From: a virus
Lineage: Duplodnaviria; Caudoviricetes
Strand: one strand, 5' to 3'
Length of the DNA stretch: 64,000 bases
IMG/VR virus record: IMGVR_UViG_3300033075_001751
Coordinates: 32,001 to 96,000 of that record
Shown here in pieces: positions 61,088 to 64,000 of this stretch (the first letter of the stretch is position 1; every line of letters starts with the position of its first letter). Under the pieces are notes generated by a model. That model had not been told where the DNA came from, made no database searches, and saw only the letters and a program-made list of their open reading frames with translations. Made by a program: the position numbers and the translations under genes.

Positions 61088-61548
61088 AAGAACAATTTAA
61101 AAAAATAGAAGAGCTGCTTCGATCTGAAGATATTAACTCAAGACAACTTGGGAGACAAATGATAAGAAATTATCGAGCCGAATATCCTCTTTTAGAACTA
61201 AAAGTAGGAAAAAGATACAACATTGTTTGGGTTAGTGGTCAATACAGACCTAATTTACAAAGTATGGATAGGCTGACTTTCAGTTCTACGGTTTGCGATC
61301 CTTCGACACACTGGAATAAGGTTGTATGTTTTACCGACGTTCATAGAGGAGTACACAAGTTTTTATTGAGTTCACTCTTAGATATCACTCATGAAAGAAG
61401 AATTCAAAAAAAATGGATGATCTGCTTCAGTCCCGAGATCCTTCCGAAAGGGGGTTGGGATTGCAATTGGTCCGGAGCTACATCCAAGAAAACAAGCCTT
61501 GTAATGTCAATCTTGAGAAAGGCAAGAACTACAAGGTCACCTGGCTAA
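61084..61548 (+). CDS. Paralog array member 13 (C-terminal extension probably caused by the A8 slip; would otherwise end at ~61420)
   Basis: MKEQFKKIEELLRSEDINSRQLGRQMI...LKVGKRYNI...LLDITH. Confidence 0.75.
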   Translation: MKEQFKKIEELLRSEDINSRQLGRQMIRNYRAEYPLLELKVGKRYNIVWVSGQYRPNLQSMDRLTFSSTVCDPSTHWNKVVCFTDVHRGVHKFLLSSLLDITHERRIQKKWMICFSPEILPKGGWDCNWSGATSKKTSLVMSILRKARTTRSPG

Positions 61549-61706
61549 GAGAGATGGGCTCGTTGAAAAACATAATTCAATATACCCAAATAGACTTTGA
61601 AGGAAGATTTACCCATTATGAGCAAACTCGTAGGAAATATAGAGTCTTGCGATTCATGAATACCAGTATCCGTTCTGATGATGTACTTGAAATTGTACCG
61701 GTATGA
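61391..61706 (+). pseudogene. Paralog array member 14, frameshifted at A8 (61406-61413); in-frame restart possible at 61413
   Basis: ATG at 61391 reads MKEEFKKNG*. Removing one A gives MKEEFKKMDDLLQSRDPSERGLGLQL, which fits the consensus. Confidence 0.7.
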
Positions 61707-62008
61707 ACCAAGAGATGATAGACAAGATCAACGAAATGCTCGGCTCAAAAAACAAATCAGAAGTGGAACTTGGTCGGCAAATGATTCGAACCTGGGTAGA
61801 AGAGAACCAACCCTGCAACGTACCGTTGGTGGAAGGTCAAAAGTATCTCGTTACCTACTTGAGTATGGATCGATGGATAGAAAGATATGCATTTAGATTC
61901 AAAAGAAGGGTCTGGGAATGGTATCAACAACAGGAAAAAGCCATGCTCCAGTTTGAATACAATACTCAAATCTCGGTAAACAGGATTGTGAAAATTGTAC
62001 CAGTTTAA
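61703..62008 (+). CDS. Paralog array member 15
   Basis: MNQEMIDKINEMLGSKNKSEVELGRQMI...LVEGQKYLV...IVKIVPV. Confidence 0.8.
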   Translation: MNQEMIDKINEMLGSKNKSEVELGRQMIRTWVEENQPCNVPLVEGQKYLVTYLSMDRWIERYAFRFKRRVWEWYQQQEKAMLQFEYNTQISVNRIVKIVPV

Positions 62009-62018
62009 ACGCAAAACA

Positions 62019-62330
62019 ATGAAAGAAGAATTCATTAAGATGAAAGAGATGTTGTTGTCCGGTGATCCCGAAACGATAAGTCTGGGCAAGCAGTTGATCG
62101 CAAATCATATCCGTAGACGCAAGCTCATGAAATTGGAGGAAGGAGTAACTTACATGTTCACCTGGTGGAATGAGTTTACCGGCATCTATTGTCGTGAAAA
62201 GCTTTATCTCGGAGAGTACGCAGGTCTCGGACCAAGACGAATAAGGTTGCAAAGCTTCATGGCGGAAACCACATTGAAAAGAGAGTTAATTTTGGATGTC
62301 GTAACAATTGACGAGTTTAACGAAACGTAA
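62019..62330 (+). CDS. Paralog array member 16
   Basis: MKEEFIKMKEMLLSGDPETISLGKQLI...LEEGVTYMF...ILDVVT. Confidence 0.8.
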   Translation: MKEEFIKMKEMLLSGDPETISLGKQLIANHIRRRKLMKLEEGVTYMFTWWNEFTGIYCREKLYLGEYAGLGPRRIRLQSFMAETTLKRELILDVVTIDEFNET

Positions 62331-62331
62331 A

Positions 62332-62637
62332 ATGAAAACAGAGCTACTCAAAATAAAACAGTTGTTTGAATCAGACAATCCCGATGATCAAGAATTGGCT
62401 ATAGTGATATCCAAGAGATACATCCAGATAAATCAGCCGGCAGAGAAAGAGTTGGAAATAGGTAAAAAGTACATCGTTACTTTCATGAGCCAACTTGAGA
62501 AAACAGTAAAGCAATACGAAGAGCTTTTTGAAGGTATGATAACGTCTAATGGAATGGAACTCTTCAACTGGAACAACCCAGATTTTGGAAGAATACGACT
62601 TGCAAAATGGAGGATCTTGGACATTTCACCAATTTAA
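62332..62637 (+). CDS. Paralog array member 17
   Basis: MKTELLKIKQLFESDNPDDQELAIVI...LEIGKKYIV...ILDISPI. Confidence 0.8.
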   Translation: MKTELLKIKQLFESDNPDDQELAIVISKRYIQINQPAEKELEIGKKYIVTFMSQLEKTVKQYEELFEGMITSNGMELFNWNNPDFGRIRLAKWRILDISPI

Positions 62638-62642
62638 ACGCA

Positions 62643-62822
62643 ATGAAGGAAAACAAAAAGAAACCGCTGTGTACGATATGCGATGATAAAGGATGGATAT
62701 GGGAGCATCGCTACTCTAGTATAAGTAAACCTTGTCCCTGTTGTCACCATGGAGTACCAAACGTATGGAAGGAGATCAGGATAGCGCAGATTCTCACCGG
62801 TTTGAAATTTCCAAAATTGTAA
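62643..62822 (+). CDS. Small zinc-finger protein
   Basis: CTICDDKGW...PCPCC. Confidence 0.65.
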   Translation: MKENKKKPLCTICDDKGWIWEHRYSSISKPCPCCHHGVPNVWKEIRIAQILTGLKFPKL

Positions 62823-62958
62823 AAAATTTTGGGGATGAAATTTTAGAGTGTGTTTCTGTCTCTGTGGAGTCTTCCATTGCACCTCCCCCGCCTCTCCGAA
62901 AATCCGAACCACCCCCGGTCAAGTTATGAACCCCTTTACGAATTGAAAAGCATGTCTT

Positions 62959-63150
62959 ATGGATAATTTCTTTGTATCATTCATGATGTTCATTACAGCG
63001 TTCTTCTTGGTATGTGCGATCATCTTCGTTCATATCATCCAGACTCATGATCTTATCTCTCACATTTTGTTGGGAGTGTTTGGTCTCATGATGTCTATTG
63101 CATTAATGGGCATTAGCACCTTTGCAATCGAGGAGGAAATGGGGCATTAG
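62959..63150 (+). CDS. Small two-TM membrane protein
   Basis: Two hydrophobic helices and an acidic tail. Confidence 0.6.
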   Translation: MDNFFVSFMMFITAFFLVCAIIFVHIIQTHDLISHILLGVFGLMMSIALMGISTFAIEEEMGH

Positions 63151-63194
63151 CCCCTATTCCTTTGAATCGCATGAGAGAACCCCTTTCAAAGCGC

Positions 63195-63383
63195 ATGGAA
63201 ACAACTACGTGTGTGAATCCACGCTACAAGGTAGTGATGGAGATTGTCAAACCTGAAGGTTTGAAGGATATGCAAGCCAAGATCAACCAATGGATCACAA
63301 CCAAGCAGTTGGTCAAGGTTGAGACTCAGCCCATGTTCGATGGTTCGATCTTCTTTAAGATCATCCAACTGAAGCAGGAGTGA
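63195..63383 (+). CDS. Hypothetical protein (62 aa)
   Basis: ATG 3 nt after the AACCCCTTTCAAAG repeat; METTTCVNPRY... Confidence 0.65.
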   Translation: METTTCVNPRYKVVMEIVKPEGLKDMQAKINQWITTKQLVKVETQPMFDGSIFFKIIQLKQE

Positions 63384-63446
63384 TCCTACTTCTTTGTATC
63401 GAACAAAACCCCTTTGTGAGGTTGCGCAAAATAACGCGCTAGAAAT

Positions 63447-63632
63447 ATGGAATACGCTGTATGGTACACATGTGTGACAATGATGCATCCAAGAGGACGC
63501 ACCAATAGGACTTATTTTCGTTGGTCTGAGGCATTCGGAAGACCTGTTGCGGTCACCAGAATGACTGAAAAGGAATACAACAAGGTTCCTTATGAGTCAG
63601 GTATGCTCAAGAAAACACTGTATGTGAATTAA
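63447..63632 (+). CDS. Hypothetical protein (61 aa)
   Basis: ORF between two copies of the repeat. Confidence 0.55.
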   Translation: MEYAVWYTCVTMMHPRGRTNRTYFRWSEAFGRPVAVTRMTEKEYNKVPYESGMLKKTLYVN

Positions 63633-63687
63633 GATAAGGGCGTTTGCCCCTATTCTTTACCATCGTAAAAAACCCCTTTCAAAGACC

Positions 63688-63801
63688 ATGAAAAAGATCA
63701 TTCTGATTGTCATTGCCCTGGTGGGTAGTGCAGTCCTTGCTCAATACTTGTCGTCGACCATCGTCCGACATGATCTCACCATCTATCACAACATGAAATG
63801 A
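63688..63801 (+). CDS. Small single-TM/signal-like peptide (37 aa)
   Basis: MKKIILIVIALVGSAVLAQYLSSTIVRHDLTIYHNMK; ATG 3 nt after AACCCCTTTCAAAG; below the ORF-track length cutoff. Confidence 0.55.
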   Translation: MKKIILIVIALVGSAVLAQYLSSTIVRHDLTIYHNMK

Positions 63802-64000
63802 AGTTCGATCCATGGGGTACCACCGGAGCTCTGATTACGATCGGAGCTGTGCTGGTCGCAGTCATTCTGGCTGTCTTGCAGAGTTGAGTACCTTCGGGTA
63901 TTCCTCTTTGTATCGTAACAATTCCTAGGTAAGTTCGATACGGAGATATGTCCGTCGAGACAACCCCTTTTCAATCTTGTAAGTTTTCCGAAAGGGACAC

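Larger units (their letters stand above)
56623..62637 (+). repeat. Tandem array of 17 paralogous genes sharing the N-terminal motif MKEx(L/F)xKIxELLxSxDxxxxxLGxxL
   Basis: The motif is visible at the start of every consecutive ORF; 10 junctions are ATGA overlaps. Confidence 0.9.
63141..63975 (+). promoter_or_regulatory. Repeated intergenic element (GGGC-N4-GCCC hairpin, TAyTCyyTTGwATCG-like box, AACCCCTTT)
   Basis: Copies at 63141-63191, 63388-63416, 63637-63684 and 63899-63974, plus a lone AACCCCTTT at 62929. The hairpin is present in the 63141 and 63637 copies. Confidence 0.65.

Noticed and set aside
62732-62929. 65 aa Pro-rich ORF
   Set aside because: Non-ATG start, overlaps the zinc-finger gene, and simply translates the C-rich boundary tract.
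56623-63975. CRISPR array, DGR or integron-type cassette system as the explanation for the right-end repeats
   Set aside because: Array similarity is mainly at protein level with no fixed-length DNA repeats or attC-like gaps. No reverse transcriptase, Cas, integrase or TR/VR pair is present in the window.
1-64000. Stop-codon reassignment (TAG or TGA), known in some crAss-like phages
   Set aside because: Genes are full length under code 11 and tightly packed. TAG ends the portal gene, TGA is used in many ATGA overlaps, and no suppressor tRNA was seen.

Overview
This 64 kb window is part of a crAss-like (Crassvirales-type) podovirus genome that probably infects a Bacteroidota host and uses the standard genetic code. 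From 56.5 kb down to base 1, the minus strand carries the late module: fibre and membrane genes, HU/IHF-like proteins, a PD-(D/E)xK nuclease, terminase, portal, scaffold, major capsid protein, auxiliary capsid/ring/muzzle proteins and five large virion cargo proteins. The last cargo gene is a >2490 aa virion RNA polymerase (RIPxQ...GSDFDIDK plus a HExxH zincin) that runs off the left edge and is missing from the ORF track. The most unusual element is a divergently transcribed, translationally coupled array of 17 paralogous small genes (56623-62637). They share an N-terminal HEAT-like helical hairpin fused to variable C-terminal domains, and one junction is disrupted by an A8 homopolymer slip. 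Also notable: a Tad1-like anti-defence sponge near terL, a signal-peptide protein with a T9SS-like C-terminal domain in the tail cluster, cargo proteins built from modules delimited by xxxGG motifs (zincin, L,D-transpeptidase), and a repeated hairpin+motif element before the small genes at the right end. All family calls come from motif recognition and synteny; no database searches were run.
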